A stretch of 64,000 nt of DNA. It comes from Marsupella aquatica (taxonomy: Eukaryota > Plantae > Marchantiophyta). Of this stretch, positions 36,101 to 49,100 are shown piece after piece. The stretch lies in assembly GCA_973895155.1 (NCBI GenBank), contig OZ316893.1, forward strand, positions 23,024,015 through 23,088,014, given 5' to 3'. The notes under the pieces were generated by a model. That model saw only the letters and a program-made list of their open reading frames with translations. It did no database searches and had not been told where the DNA came from. Position 1 is the stretch's first letter. Each line of letters begins with the position of its first letter. Position numbers and translations under genes: made by a program.

Positions 36101-38516
36101 CAAGGTGATTGTGGCAAGAGATGTTCGATTTAAAGAAGACCAGCCCGGTGGAAAAGGCCCAGTTACTTCAGAGTTGGATGATCCGGTGCTATTTGAACTT
36201 CCAATAGCACTAGCACCAACACCAACTCCGGTGGGAGCACCAGTGCTAGCACCGGCACCAGGCCCAGTGGGAGCACCAGCACTAGCACCAGTGGGAGCAC
36301 CGGCTTTAGCTCAAGTGGGAGCTAATGCACCTGATGTTAGAGAAGAGGCTACTGAAATGTCAGGCACATCTACTTCAAGAGGACCACAACCAAGTAGTCC
36401 ACTACCACGATCCAGGTCCACAGAATCATTTGCAACACATTTTGATGAATTTGAAGGTTCAATAGAAGGTGATGCCTCTACTCACGTTGAATTCTCAGAA
36501 CCTGAATTTGGAAGGGGAAAGAGGAAGAAGATACCAACGAGGAGATATGGTTTTGACTCCGATTCAGCCATTGTGGCCCTAGTGACTAAATCTGGACCAA
36601 GAATGGCGGAACCTACTTCTTTGAAGGAGGCACTTACAAGACCAGATGCAGAGCAATGGAGGAAAGCCATTAATGATGAGTTAGACTCATTGAAGAAAAA
36701 CAACACATGGACCATAGTCAAGTTTCCTCAAAATCGAAAGGCGGTGGGCTGCAAGTGGGTTTTCAAGTTGAAGTACAACCCGGATGGAAGCATTGCAAGA
36801 TACAAAGCTAGACTTGTAGCCAAAGGCTATTCTCAAGTCTATGGGGTTGATTACTTGGATACTTTTTCACCAGTAGTGAAAATCACATCTATAAGGCTCA
36901 TTCTATCCTTGGTGGCCTTTTATGACCTTGAGGCCATCCTTTTAGATGTGAAGACAGCATTCCTGAATGGTATACTCACGGAACCAATCTACATGGAGTT
37001 GCCTGAAGGATTAGAGTGGTTGGAGAAAATTCTTGACCCTGAAATGGTATGTCTCCTATTGAGGGCATTATATGGCCTCAAACAATCCTCTAGGTTATGG
37101 TATAAGAGGATTGACACTTTCTTGTTAAGCATTGGCTTTAGAAAGTGCATAGCTGACTCAAATGTGTACTATTATGAGTCAGGAGGAAACTTTGTGATAT
37201 TAGCTCTATATGTTGATGATTGCATACTTGCAAGCAATGACACCAACATATTAGCTGAAGTCAAAACGACACTCATGAAGGAATTCGAGATGAGTGACTT
37301 AGGCAATATACATAATTGCCTTGGTATGGAAATCTCCCGCAACAGAGAAGAGGGTTGGCTCAAGATGTCTCAAGAGAGATACATCTTGGACAAATTAAGC
37401 ACTTTCAACATGGAGAATTGCAAGGCAGTGCATACTCCAGTTGAGTTGGGCTTAAAGCTAAGCAAGGAGGATAGCCCACAAACTGAAGATGAAAAGTTAC
37501 AGATGGAGAGTGTACCATACCAGAATGCAGTTGGAAGCCTCATGTGGGCTATGATCTACACAAGGCCCGACTTATCCTATGCAGTTGGATCAGTGGCACA
37601 ATTCATGTCCAATCCAGGTCCAAAGCATTGGATGGTTGTGAAGCGAATTTTTCGGTACTTGAAAGGCACATCAAGTATGGGTTTGGTGTATAAAAGATCA
37701 AAATCTTTTATTCCCTTACATGGATATACTGATGCTGATTGGGGAGGAGATATTGACACAAGAAGATCAACCTCTGGTTATTGTTTCATGCTCTCAGGTG
37801 CAGTAGTGAGTTGGGCAAGCAAGAAGCAAAAATCTGTAGCCTTGTCTAGCACCGAAGCAGAGTACATGGCCTTATCAAAGGCATGCACTGAGATAGTATG
37901 GTTGAAAAGACTTCTTGGAGACTTGCATCATCAGCAAGCAAGAGCCGTCATTCATTGTGATAATCAAAGTGCTCTTAGCTTACTTGAAGCATCTCGGCTT
38001 CATGATAGGAGCAAGCACATCGATATTCAATATCACTTTAGTAGGGAACTAGTTGATAGTGGTGAAATAGAAGTAATCTATTGTCCCACCGAGGAAATGG
38101 CAGCGGACATTCTCACCAAAGGACTTCCAAAAAACAAACACATTTATTTGAGAAAAATGCTAAGGCTTTATTAGGGTTCTAATTTAGTCACTAAAGTAGG
38201 AGTATTAGAAAAGATTTAATTGGTAGGCCACCGTCCAAAGTGGTAGGCCACCGTCCTTAGTTGTAGGCCACCGTCCTAAGTGGTAGGCCACCGTCCTTAG
38301 TTGTGGGCCACCGTCCTAAATTAGTGACTTAAATTAGACCATGAGGTGAACTATGTTATAGGCACATGTGAGGGAATGTGTAGCATGAGAGAATACACAA
38401 TATTCTGGTTTGATTTGACCTAGCATCCAAGGGATGCCCTCCATGTATAAAACCCCTCACTACTCAATGACATACACATAGCATTTCCACATTCTTGGGC
38501 TCATGGATTTCTAACA
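33189..38516 (+). mobile_element. Full-length Ty1/copia retrotransposon (LTRs 33189-33482 and 38203-38516, TSD GCCAG, gag-pol 34004-38174 with two frameshifts)
   Basis: PBS TGGTATCAGAGC at 33483; PPT AAAGTAGGAG; GCCAG at 33184-33188 and 38517-38521; empty site in the paralog at 12070-12074. Motifs CHFCKRKGHFIRDC, HSDICG, LRSDNGGEY, YVDDCI, SKHIDIQYH. Frame changes near 34920 and 35040. Confidence 0.97.
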
Positions 38517-39981
38517 GCCAGACCACCAATAATCATTCAAGAAGAATTGAAATTCACTGGAAGGCTAGACAATTTCCATTAGAAAGTCTAGCGTCAATTG
38601 CTGATCAGGTACCTTCATAATGTTCAGCTAGTGATCTCCTATGTTTGTTGCACCGTAAAAATCGTTCTCAAGCTTATCACCGTGTAGATTTAGACGCGGA
38701 TTAGCAAACTCGATTAAATGAGGGAAGGCACATTGTTGTGCTTTGCTCGTCGTAGAACCTTTTCTCTCGCAACTACAGTGAGGACGCAAGCAGGCATATC
38801 AGACATTGGAAGATAGAGCTACCGTAGTTCGTCTTGAGCGCAGCGCAGTGAAAAATATATGAAAATAAAAGTCAGTAGGAGACTTCAGGCAACCGTAGAG
38901 CCATCATCCGTGCTGCGCACTCATAACTAGTGAGCAGCCAAGCCATCGTTGTGGCCACAAATGACTATAGCTAGCCGATTTACGAAGGATTGAACTCTCC
39001 TCAGCATTGCTAGAGGACATCCACGGCGACCTGACGGCAAAACAGATAGAATGAATCGAAGCGGAGGGTTGGCAGTGCAATCCACTTCCAAAGTCAAAGT
39101 ACAACAGAATCTGAAAGTTTGTATGGAATTGTGTCTGTCTCTATCAGCGTGATTGAGTGCCGAGTAGTAAAAACTTATTTCCCGTCCTTGTGCCTTCGCT
39201 TTCCGAAAACTTTGAGAGTAACTGGAACGATACCAAGCCAGTCCAATTCAGGAACCATGTGACGTTCGCCTGCCAACACACATCAACGCATCTGTACAGA
39301 GTGGACATACACTACAGCTAGAGCTCACAGAAACAACACAATTGCCTGTACTGAAATTGTACCTTTCTGGCTGAAAGTAACAATGGCGGTAGTGGATAGA
39401 TTCAATCTGGGGAGCCTGTGTCTCGGTTCTGCACCTCAATCTAGACCATCTCGAGGTCCATTGATTGAGCTATTGGCGATAACTTGTACTAGATGTTCAA
39501 TTGTGAAGCACTCAGAAACTCGGCCCTAAATGGTCACTCCCTCGACGAAATTCACCATAGCGTGTCCAGAAGAATCTGCCGTCCGGGCACCATCGGTGTG
39601 GTCGAACAGATCTGCGGAAAGGAGATTTTCAGATCGAAGGAATCGACAAAACACGTGGGATAGTTTTGCCCAAAGTGGTGAAGAGGTGTAATTTGGTGAA
39701 GTTTTGCCACTTAAAAAATTGATGTTTGGGAGTTTCCCGATGAAGTGGGGAGTCATCATCGTGCCACCGTGTTTCGAGCATATTGTGGGCTACAATGCAC
39801 TGGTTAAGAGTACTTAATACACTTTATCCTTGAAACTCAAAAGAGAAACAAAAGCCCAAATGGACAGAGAGATTGTCCCTGCCCATCCCCATGCACTGCA
39901 TAAAGCGTTAGCTCTCTCTCGCAAGGTCGCGACCCTTTGTCCTGGCCATTGTAGCATGTGTGTCGCCCAGGGCCATCGTTG

Positions 39982-40745
39982 CTTTTACACCACAAAGAAA
40001 AAGGAACTGGTACTACTCTGACTTTTACACCACAAAGACAAAGGAACTGGTACGACTTTGACTACCTTTGGGAGAAAATAGTCAGGACTACATAGTGCTC
40101 CTGAATAATGGCATGACATCTTGACGTCGAATAATGGCATGACATCTTGACGTCTCTCAGGGGAACATCATCAAGTCGTCAAATTACCAAGGAAACCTGT
40201 TTGGGAATGTAATTGAAACTGGCGGCTTGGGAATGTAATTGAAACTGGCTGCAAATGGTGAGGAGACCATTTACAGGTCACATTTCTGCGAAAAGTGTGG
40301 GAATGTAATTGAAACTGGCTGCAAATGGTGAGGAGACCGTTTACAGGTCACATTTCTGTGAAAAGTGCAGATAAGTTTATCTGAGACAATTTAAATGAGC
40401 AAGTCCATCCAAGCTTTGCCAGTCCATCTTAGCTTCATAGACAAAGTGGAGGTCCATGAGGGATTCATTTACTCAAAAGAAGGGGCAAATGGAAACCCCA
40501 AAACCCTAGATAATAAATTAATAAAGACCTACTTACCAGTCCACATCTAGCCTACTAACTAAGTGCAAGTGGAACATGGATGTATGGGGCAAGGGTCTTG
40601 TAAGGCACAGTAACTAGTACCCACTGCTAGATCATCAATAATAGATTGCTAGGGCTTGAACACACAATTAACATCACCAAAATTTGCTGACAGAAATGAG
40701 GCGCTTGAACAACAACATCACCAAAATTTGCTGACAGAAATTGGG
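39982..40745. repeat. Cluster of short tandem duplications (40, 26, 26, 70 and about 50 bp)
   Basis: Pairs at 39982/40022, 40103/40129, 40201/40227 and 40228/40298, plus AACATCACCAAAATTTGCTGACAGAAAT twice within about 40670-40741. Confidence 0.85.
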
Positions 40746-43198
40746 CGTCAAAACAGATAGTGGTGATCTTGAGTTACCCGTCCCTGTGCCTGTCAAAAGA
40801 GCCCATCAAAGTGATGATAAAAGCTCCAAAATTATCCATAGTGAGAGGGGGGTAAACTATGACGTTAGGCTTCTGTGACATATTTCTTCTCTTTTGCCTT
40901 GCAGCTTGCATAGCTGCTGCCCCTGTCTGTGATGCTGCTATCTTGATGATGTACACATAGGGTTGCTCTGAGGTCTAAGAATCTATCAAAAAATTTAGCC
41001 AGCTTGATTCGAAGTGGTCATTGTATAATTTATAAAGAATTTGAGACGGCAGACGAATAGACAGACTAGACGTCCCGCAAATTAAAGTGTCTTGTGTAAA
41101 GAATTTCAAAAGCTCGAGCTGCCCCAAACAAAATAATTGACGCTGATTAGTTCTGAAACGAGAAACGCTGTTCAGGTTGAATTTGAATCAATCGTTCTCT
41201 AGTATTGGAATGCAACATTTCAACGGAATCCCAATCGAATCATCTCCACCATTTCTAAGTCGAGATAGACAATGGGAACTATTTGGACAGGTAGTCAAAT
41301 CTCTAGGCTGTTCACATTCAAGCCGCTGCTACTTAAGTAGTGCCTTAGTCGGTGCCTCTGCCCGCCCTTCTGCATTTTGTTGAGAGAGTGATTTCTTCTC
41401 CTATGTCCGTCGCACTATTTGGTAGGGGCATGAATTTGAGTGGAACGTGGTTTGATGAGTCTAGAGCCATCTCTGTCCATACATGTCCACTGTTTGAATG
41501 CACAGTAGATCATGATGTAAGAAGCACACTTTGCTCCAATCTTACTATCCTTTCCAACCCACAATGGCTTTGTATAGAACCGTGTTTTACTCCATATTGT
41601 GTACGCCTGGGAACTCTTCCTAAGTAGAAGAATAATCATCAGTCTAGTACCTGTGTTCAGAGTCTTTACATTGGGATCTATGATCCGGGATCTGATCGAA
41701 GTAAATTTGAGGTACCTCGTTATTTTGGCTGAAATGTCTACAGCATCCTGTGTCTAGAGTCTACGCACTGGGGGGTCTGATCGGAGTAAATTGCAGTTAT
41801 TGATTTGGCTGAAATGTCTACAGCATCAGTTTTAGCGTCTCGGGATTATGATTCAAGCATTGACGGGCACTTGATGGAATTCGTCAGCCTGTGTATTTTT
41901 CTTTCCTGACAAATTTCTTGACGTTGTGGCAGCAGAGTGAATGGAGATTGGGGCAGTAAGAAGTTCATTGCATCTGACATGAAACATGACGTTTGACAGT
42001 AGGAGACCCTCACGAGGACTCAAACTGTAAGAACACATTCTCATCAGTCAAACTGACTAGCTTCAGTCATTTCAGAGCTGCCGAGATCTGGGAGCTGTGG
42101 ACGAACACAGGAGAGGGCCGAAGCGAGGACCTAACGAGGCAGCACATCAGAAACTATCTCACGGACAGCCTTCATAGTTGCGATGGCTGGAGTTAGGAGA
42201 CCCATAATACTTCTGTTAACAATGCGATCATTAGTACTGTATACATTTTTCGTTGTCACCTGCCATTACCAACAGATGGAAAGAATTCGAAGAGGTCACA
42301 TCAGATATTGGATGAGAACACTAATTCCGTTTATCGTAGCTGGGCTATGCTGGTTGTCCCGGCAGTGGGCCGCCAGAAGATAAAGCTTTCCGTGGGAGAC
42401 TAGTGAACGCAGGCCTACAAAAATAACAGTCCGACCCAGGCCAGTTGACATGAACTACAGGCTTATGTTGTGGGAGAATAGATTATAAACAGAAAGCGAG
42501 ATGATGGAACAGTTGTTAAGGACAGACAATGTTCATTTCGTCGATGACTGAGAGAGAGAAGATCAGAGACTCTGTTACATGTTTCGTAATTCTCGCGAGG
42601 GCTCCTTGTTCTGCTCTTGTCCTCCTGTCCTGCTTAGCTTTTGCTGTATGAGTGGATTCCTTCATGTCTTCTCTACTGCACTGTGAATCAACGCAATGGA
42701 ACGCGCAATGAAGGTGTAGTACATGTAGTGCTAGCCATATTCTATTGAAGACCACATAATACAAAAATTGATCCTTTTGTGCCCCTTGTGCCCCTTGTGC
42801 CCCAAATTGGTGAACTCGTTGGTGTGCTTGGAACTTCCAAAAATCCTGACTTTAGCTTGATACTCCTACCTTTTGTTTCATCGAGTAGTTGTTTCCATCC
42901 AAGCACGTTAGGACACTTTCCTGGTTCTTTTCTTCCAAAATTCTATGATATCTCAGTTGTGAGGCTCCGGAAATAGACACTTTAGTTTGAAGACTCCGTC
43001 CTGATTACTTCATCAAATAATTCTTTCAATCCAGGCGAACATCTAAGATCACTGATGTGAAAAAAGAAGTCCAAGGATAAGGTCAAACCGAGAATAAGGG
43101 AACCAAAATAAGTAATCCTGGTGCTTAAGACGAGGCGTTTGCAACCATGGTGTAAGGAAAAGACGACTCCCACCTCATGGTATTCGGTCAGTCTTCTC

Positions 43199-43237
43199 AA
43201 AACAAAACAAAACAAAACAAAACAAAACAAAACAAAG
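43199..43237. repeat. (AAAAC)n microsatellite
   Basis: About 7-8 consecutive AAAAC units. Confidence 0.95.
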
Positions 43238-44350
43238 TGAACCAGAACCCAAGGTCTGCCATCCGGATTTCAGAAAAGCACACAGATTTCTCTTGCCTGC
43301 ACAAGCTCAACTGGCAGGAGCAATGAATGTGAGGAAAGAAATAAACGTGAACAAACATCTGAACCACTTACAGTGTCTCAGACCCTGCATTTAGAATCCC
43401 CGTCGAGAACATTACACGAATGAGAGCCATTAGTGGAAGAAATAGCAGATTGAACAAGGCACGTCAAGGACCGACCTGACTCTGTCCAACATGATTCTAA
43501 GACACGGATTCAGAAGCAACAGAGGAACAACGGACAGCAAAGACATTGTCCACATGTTTGTACTGTGCCCTTGCAAAATATTTCGAATACAAATGCAGAA
43601 GTCCACAGGCAACTCACTATTTTCCCCCGGGTTTTGGCATGAAAGAAATAATTATTTGACGGAGCAGATTTGCCAAGCGTTATACACCCAAAGTCTCAAT
43701 ACCTGGCATCTTGGAGCCTTAAGAAATTACCATTGCTAACACAGAAAGGAATTAATCTGTAATCGAAGTCAAGAAACATCGCTTCCCCAACTACAAGCAT
43801 GAATGCAGGATACCACGGTCATTAATCTGACTTGAAAGGGCCACAACGTAAGATATCGCCAGTATCGTGACAGTACTTAACTTTTATGTCATACATTCAA
43901 AAGGCAGGGTATAATCAGACCAGTCCAAGGGTCTTCTTTACTCACTGTAAGGACTCAAAATGGATTATCACATTCTTAGGCCATCCCATACGATTCCTAA
44001 TCTTTGCTAATCAGTTTTCTACCTTGGACGTTCAGTGAACAACACACGATTGCATGGGGTCTGTCTAGGAAAAGAGGATCACCCGTTCGATAAAGCAATA
44101 TCTGAAGCTCCTCGAATCATGCTCGCAGGTTTTGAATGCTCCTAAGTCAACATTTACATCTAAAACAACAAGAACACCTGATCACGAATAATGAAACTGC
44201 TCACCTGCAATTGCCGTTTGCCTTTGACCTCTCCTGCATGCAGGAGTGCGTTTTCCTACTGATTGCACCTCAGACCCGCAAAATCACTTTGCCAGGGCTA
44301 TGACTACCAATATTTGGCTGAAATCTTTGATCTCTCATCCAAAAATCCAG

Positions 44351-45666
44351 TTAGCTTACTTGAGGCTTTTTGAAATCGATTTTATCTACCTTCACTTCAC
44401 CATCCACAAGTTCATAAACATAGACCACAACCCGTAAGCCGTCAATGTCCATAAGTACAAAGCTTGGGTTCACGTCATAAGTGATGCTACTGTAGGCACC
44501 AGTTGCAGACCCTGGATTGATAATAACCCCACCTTCATGCTTGTAAGCCTTAAACTGATGGGTGTGCCCTGTGATAAGAATGTCCACATCCAGTTGTCGC
44601 TGTAACATTGCCAATGAATCTAAGTCACCCCATGGAACCACCTGCACAAGTGACAAGACAAACTCCAGGTCAACATTCACCATCCCGACTGTTCTGAATA
44701 ACGTTCCCTCCTTCATTCCAGCCATGAAATCTCGATTCAACCACAATAAGACGATGTGAATCCCAGAAATTAATCTGACCCTCACAGAAATTAAGTACTA
44801 AAATTGAAGCCACAAAAATCAAAGTACTCAGAGTTAAGCAAGGGATGGGAGGTCAAACACACAAAAGGGTGCTGCCATAGGCTTTAGAAACCATTCAGTC
44901 CCTCATTCACTAGAGGCCCAGCCAAAAAGTCAGACCGGAGGTACTACAGCGCGGAGGGATCTATACAACAACATAGCCCAAACCCTAAAGCCAAAGATCA
45001 GCTGTTTAGCGGTCGTAAAAACCCTCGTACCTCAGTTCTCCTGGGAACTGCACGCCTCTGCTCTACTAATTCTAGACGTCCGGTAGCCGGCAACTCTAAG
45101 GAGAGCAGTTGAGAGATTAGGGAAAACCCACCTGGTGGCCATGGCAAATTCCGAGCTTGAAAGCACCGATGGTGAGCAATTTCGTCTCTGGGTAACGCGC
45201 ATCATCGTCATACTCTCCTCGAGTGACGTGCACATCCGCACACAGACTCTTCAAATAATCATGCACTTCCTGCACACCTCCCCTCTTTACTTGATTAGGA
45301 AAGAAAACAATTCATACCAGCGATATAAACCTCCCAGGCACGCATGTATCCATCAGCATGAACATGAGCTGCTAGAAAAGCTTCCGTCCTAACAAGTTCA
45401 AGTGGCAAATAATCCAACTGAAATGCGGAACAGCACATGAACCCCAACGCGCAGAGAAGCGCGAAACAGTCCTCTCACAGAATTCGGAGACCACAAACAA
45501 GAAAAAGGGGACCGAATCTAGGAGAGGAACGAACCTTGATGCAAAGATTGCCGGGGCTGAGAATGTGCTGAATTTTGCCGGGAACAAGCATGGACTTGAA
45601 TTTCACAGGCAAATCGGCAGCTCTGTGAGGAATGTGCATATCACCCATCGCCAGTACCAGCACCAT
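44351..45666 (-). CDS. VPS29: Retromer subunit VPS29; exons 45666-45535, 45269-45132, 44641-44351 (186 aa)
   Basis: [20 protein letters not shown]...[20 protein letters not shown]...[13 protein letters not shown]...DILITGHTH...[13 protein letters not shown] introns in phase 0 give an intact frame. Confidence 0.97.
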
Positions 45667-46188
45667 TGCGTCTGCTTCTTCTGCTGCAACCTCTCAAGTT
45701 AAACTTGTCACCACCACCCACACTAAAAACCCTAAATTCTCTTTCCAACACTCTCCCTCTCTATCGCGCGCTCGTTCTTATTTCTTCTCAGATTATCTGA
45801 TTCTGCTGGGCCGGACCTCCGAAGGTATTGAAGAGAAGAAATTGAGCCCACCACCCTGCTCCTGCATCTACATCGATCTACTGTACCTACCCAGCTGATA
45901 ATCGATCTATCTGCACTGCCAGTGGACTAGCTTTTCGTTTGCTCAAATTCAGAACCCAGAGCAGCACCACCAGGAGCTTCCGTTACACTCTGCCTCGAAT
46001 CTGTCTTTGCGATCTTTCCCCAGATTCTTCTTGGAAGAACTTCCCCAATGTCCTCCTCCTTCCACCTCTGTTTTCTGATGTGGGCTCCTCTTGTGTTTCT
46101 CTTCCTTTGCGTTGTTTGTGCAGCACTTTGCCTCCAGTTTCTTCCACTTATTAATGCCGTTTTGTAACTTTCATGGTATTAAAGGAGA

Positions 46189-49100
46189 CAGCTTTTTAAT
46201 ACACTGTCGCCCAAACTAACCCAATTTGATTTACTAACCTGAACCCCATTTTGTATATGGGTTAGTGAACCCCATTTTGTATATGGGTTAGTATTGCCTC
46301 AATAAACATAATTCAACTCTGTTACTCATTGGCAGAGGGCCTCCTATTGTCATGTGGCAAGGCACCGTTTGCTGCGGATTAACTTGTTGATCTCCCTGTT
46401 AGATATTGCTCTAGTCTTGTGACTCTTGTACTAACCACAGTTAGGCTAACTCGGGTTAGGACCTAGCTAAGGTTAGCGGTAGTGCTGTTGTGCATATAGC
46501 CAGGGCTGATGCCAGACCCTGGTGGAACTTAGGCTCATTGTTACGGAGCTAGTTGAGAGATAGGGAGAGCTTGTGCTGTGGATGCTTGGTATGGCCGGTC
46601 GGCCTAGAGTGCAGTAAAGCTCTTGTGTGTTCCCGTGGACGTAGCCTCATGTGGAGGTGAACCACGTATCTCTCTGTGTCGACTCTTGTGCGTTGGATGG
46701 TTCATGGGCTTGCCGTTGCGAATGTCATCTATGCTCAACAAGTGGTATCAGAGCATGCCTGGGAGGTGACGAGGTTTTTTCGTGACAGGTTTTTCCAGCG
46801 TTCATTGTCGGTGGCACATTCGGAGTTTCGTCGCATGAAACTCAAATGTGTGTGACTGAGCGGATAGGTTAGTGAGAGGGCTTTCTAACGGTGGTTAGAA
46901 CTCGCTGATCGGTATCCGTGGTGCGGAGGAATTGAAGTTTGCGTCGTTCAGGTTTTATTCGTGTTCGACGGGTTTTCGGGGGAGTGACAAGAGTTCGCGT
47001 TTTTTCAACGGTGTGAGTTGTGCGGTGTTCGGGAGATCACACATTATAGCTCAAGTGGAAGATTGAAGCGAGCTGGTCGTTTCGGTAGCTGGATTGCTGC
47101 CGAGTTGTTACTGAGTGCGTCGTGACGAGTGAAGGAGGCGTTCAGGTTTTTTCACAAGCTATGGAGCTTGTTCACATCTGAACCGGGTTTCTCCTCGTGA
47201 CGTCCGACTCGGTGGAAGAAACGCGAAGTGCTACAACTCAATGGTTTGATCGCGGCGAGGCGGTCGTTTTGAGCCCGGGATTGGCACTTGACACGAAGTG
47301 AAGGCGACGCGGCGGGAATTGTTTTTTAGTGCTGGAGTTGGAGACTGTGCCAGTGAAACTTCAAAACTTTTCCCGTCGGCGGCGTTCACTTTTCTTGTGA
47401 GGAACAGCGGCAATTAAAGTGAGTAATTTCCTTTTAATTTTCGGGGGAGTTTTTTTACTTTTAAGGGGGTTTTAGGGGTTAACTTGTGTGTATACACACG
47501 AGGTGTATACACACCTCGAGCATGCCCCCGTATACACCCACTGCGTACCCGATTGTTCCCCCCCTCCGCTTACCGTTAAATTAGGCGCAGCGGCGCCTGA
47601 CGCAGCGCCGGCCGGCGCTATAAGCGCGACCGAGCGCTCCCCGTCCCGCCCTCGCCCTTTGCCCTAGTCCCTCCGACTAACCCCTGCCACCGTGCGACCC
47701 CCGACTGCCGCTACCCCCGCGGCGCCCTCCCTTCCGGCTTGCGCCCTGCCGGTACCAGCCGCGAATCCGCCTCCCTCCCTCCCGCGAATTGCCTTAGTAC
47801 ATCGGGGGCCGTCTCGCCTGTATTCGCCCGGGCATACTCTGGCCACTCTCGCGAATACCTGTACCTTGCCTGGCCCGCCTCGCGTATGCGCGACGCGGAT
47901 GCGCGTTTTTGAACATATTTGTGCTTAAGGGGCGTTAGCACCCCTTTTAAGGCCATTTTCTTGTCATTTTGTTGCCGGCTCTTCTATTGGCTACCCCGGG
48001 CCCTGTGACCCTCCGTTTTAATCGCTCCAACAGGGGGAACGGCCCCCTGTGAGACCTGCTGGACTGTGCGGGAATATTCCCAAAAAATAGAGAGCTATTT
48101 TTCGGCCGTCCGACAAAGATTCCGTCCGCCGAACGGTAACTTTTTTGGTTCTTTTTCGGTGAGGACGTTGCCACTGCAGTTAGCAACGCGGCGCACCGAT
48201 CACATCGCAATTCTGACGACGGGTTATACTGGGTATTTTGGTTATTCTCCGAGGTGGTCAAAACGGGGGAGTTTCCCAAGGTTTTACCCACCCCGACCGA
48301 AATTTGAATAACTTTTCCGTCGAATTTCGATTTTGATTTCGGATTTCAGTATTGGACTCCTAGCTTCGTGGGCTACGCGGCGGTGTTGAGTTTTGAGTTT
48401 TATGAGAAGTTTCAAAAAAAGACGTTTTTTCGTGATTGTTTCATATGAGTGACTCGGAGGATACTGGAAGAATTGGCGTCGGTGGAGCTTCAGGATCGCG
48501 ACGGTCAGACGGAGAGTCTGAGGAGGAGCTGCTACCATTTGAGGAGGAACAAGTAACACCGGTACGATCACTGGTGCGGCAAGTAGTGGAGGAAGCTGTA
48601 CTACTACCAGAGTTGTCGGTAGTTGGAAAGAAGAGACAGATGGTTAGATTTGGAGGAGTGAAGTTTGAGGTGGAGAAGTACGATGGTCGTACTGATTACT
48701 TGCTGTGGGAGAAGCAAGTGAAGGGTGTTCTACGGGCCATGGGCTTAGCTCATCTGCTTTCATCGTGAGAGCAGTATAATGGAGAGGAAGAGATTTCAGT
48801 GAGGCAATGGAGACAGGAGCAGGTGATTGTTGTCAATGCAGTGATGCTATATCTCAAGCCGCACATCATCAAGCAGCTGAATGATTATGCGGATTGCGCG
48901 TCACTGTTCAAGGCTCTAAGAGAGAAGTACTACCGGGAAGATGCGTCAGACCGGCTGTACAAGAAGTCTCTCTTGATGAGCCTCAGGCTCAAGGAAGGGA
49001 GCAAGATGCAGGATCACCTGGATGAGTTTGACAGTCTAGCGGTTGATCTGTCAAACTTGGGAAAAGGAGTTGAAGATGAGGATAAGGCCTTGCTTCTGCT

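Noticed and set aside
40774-43740. Numerous 60-90 aa ORFs between the duplication and VPS29
   Set aside because: No motifs or coherent exon structure; treated as non-coding.
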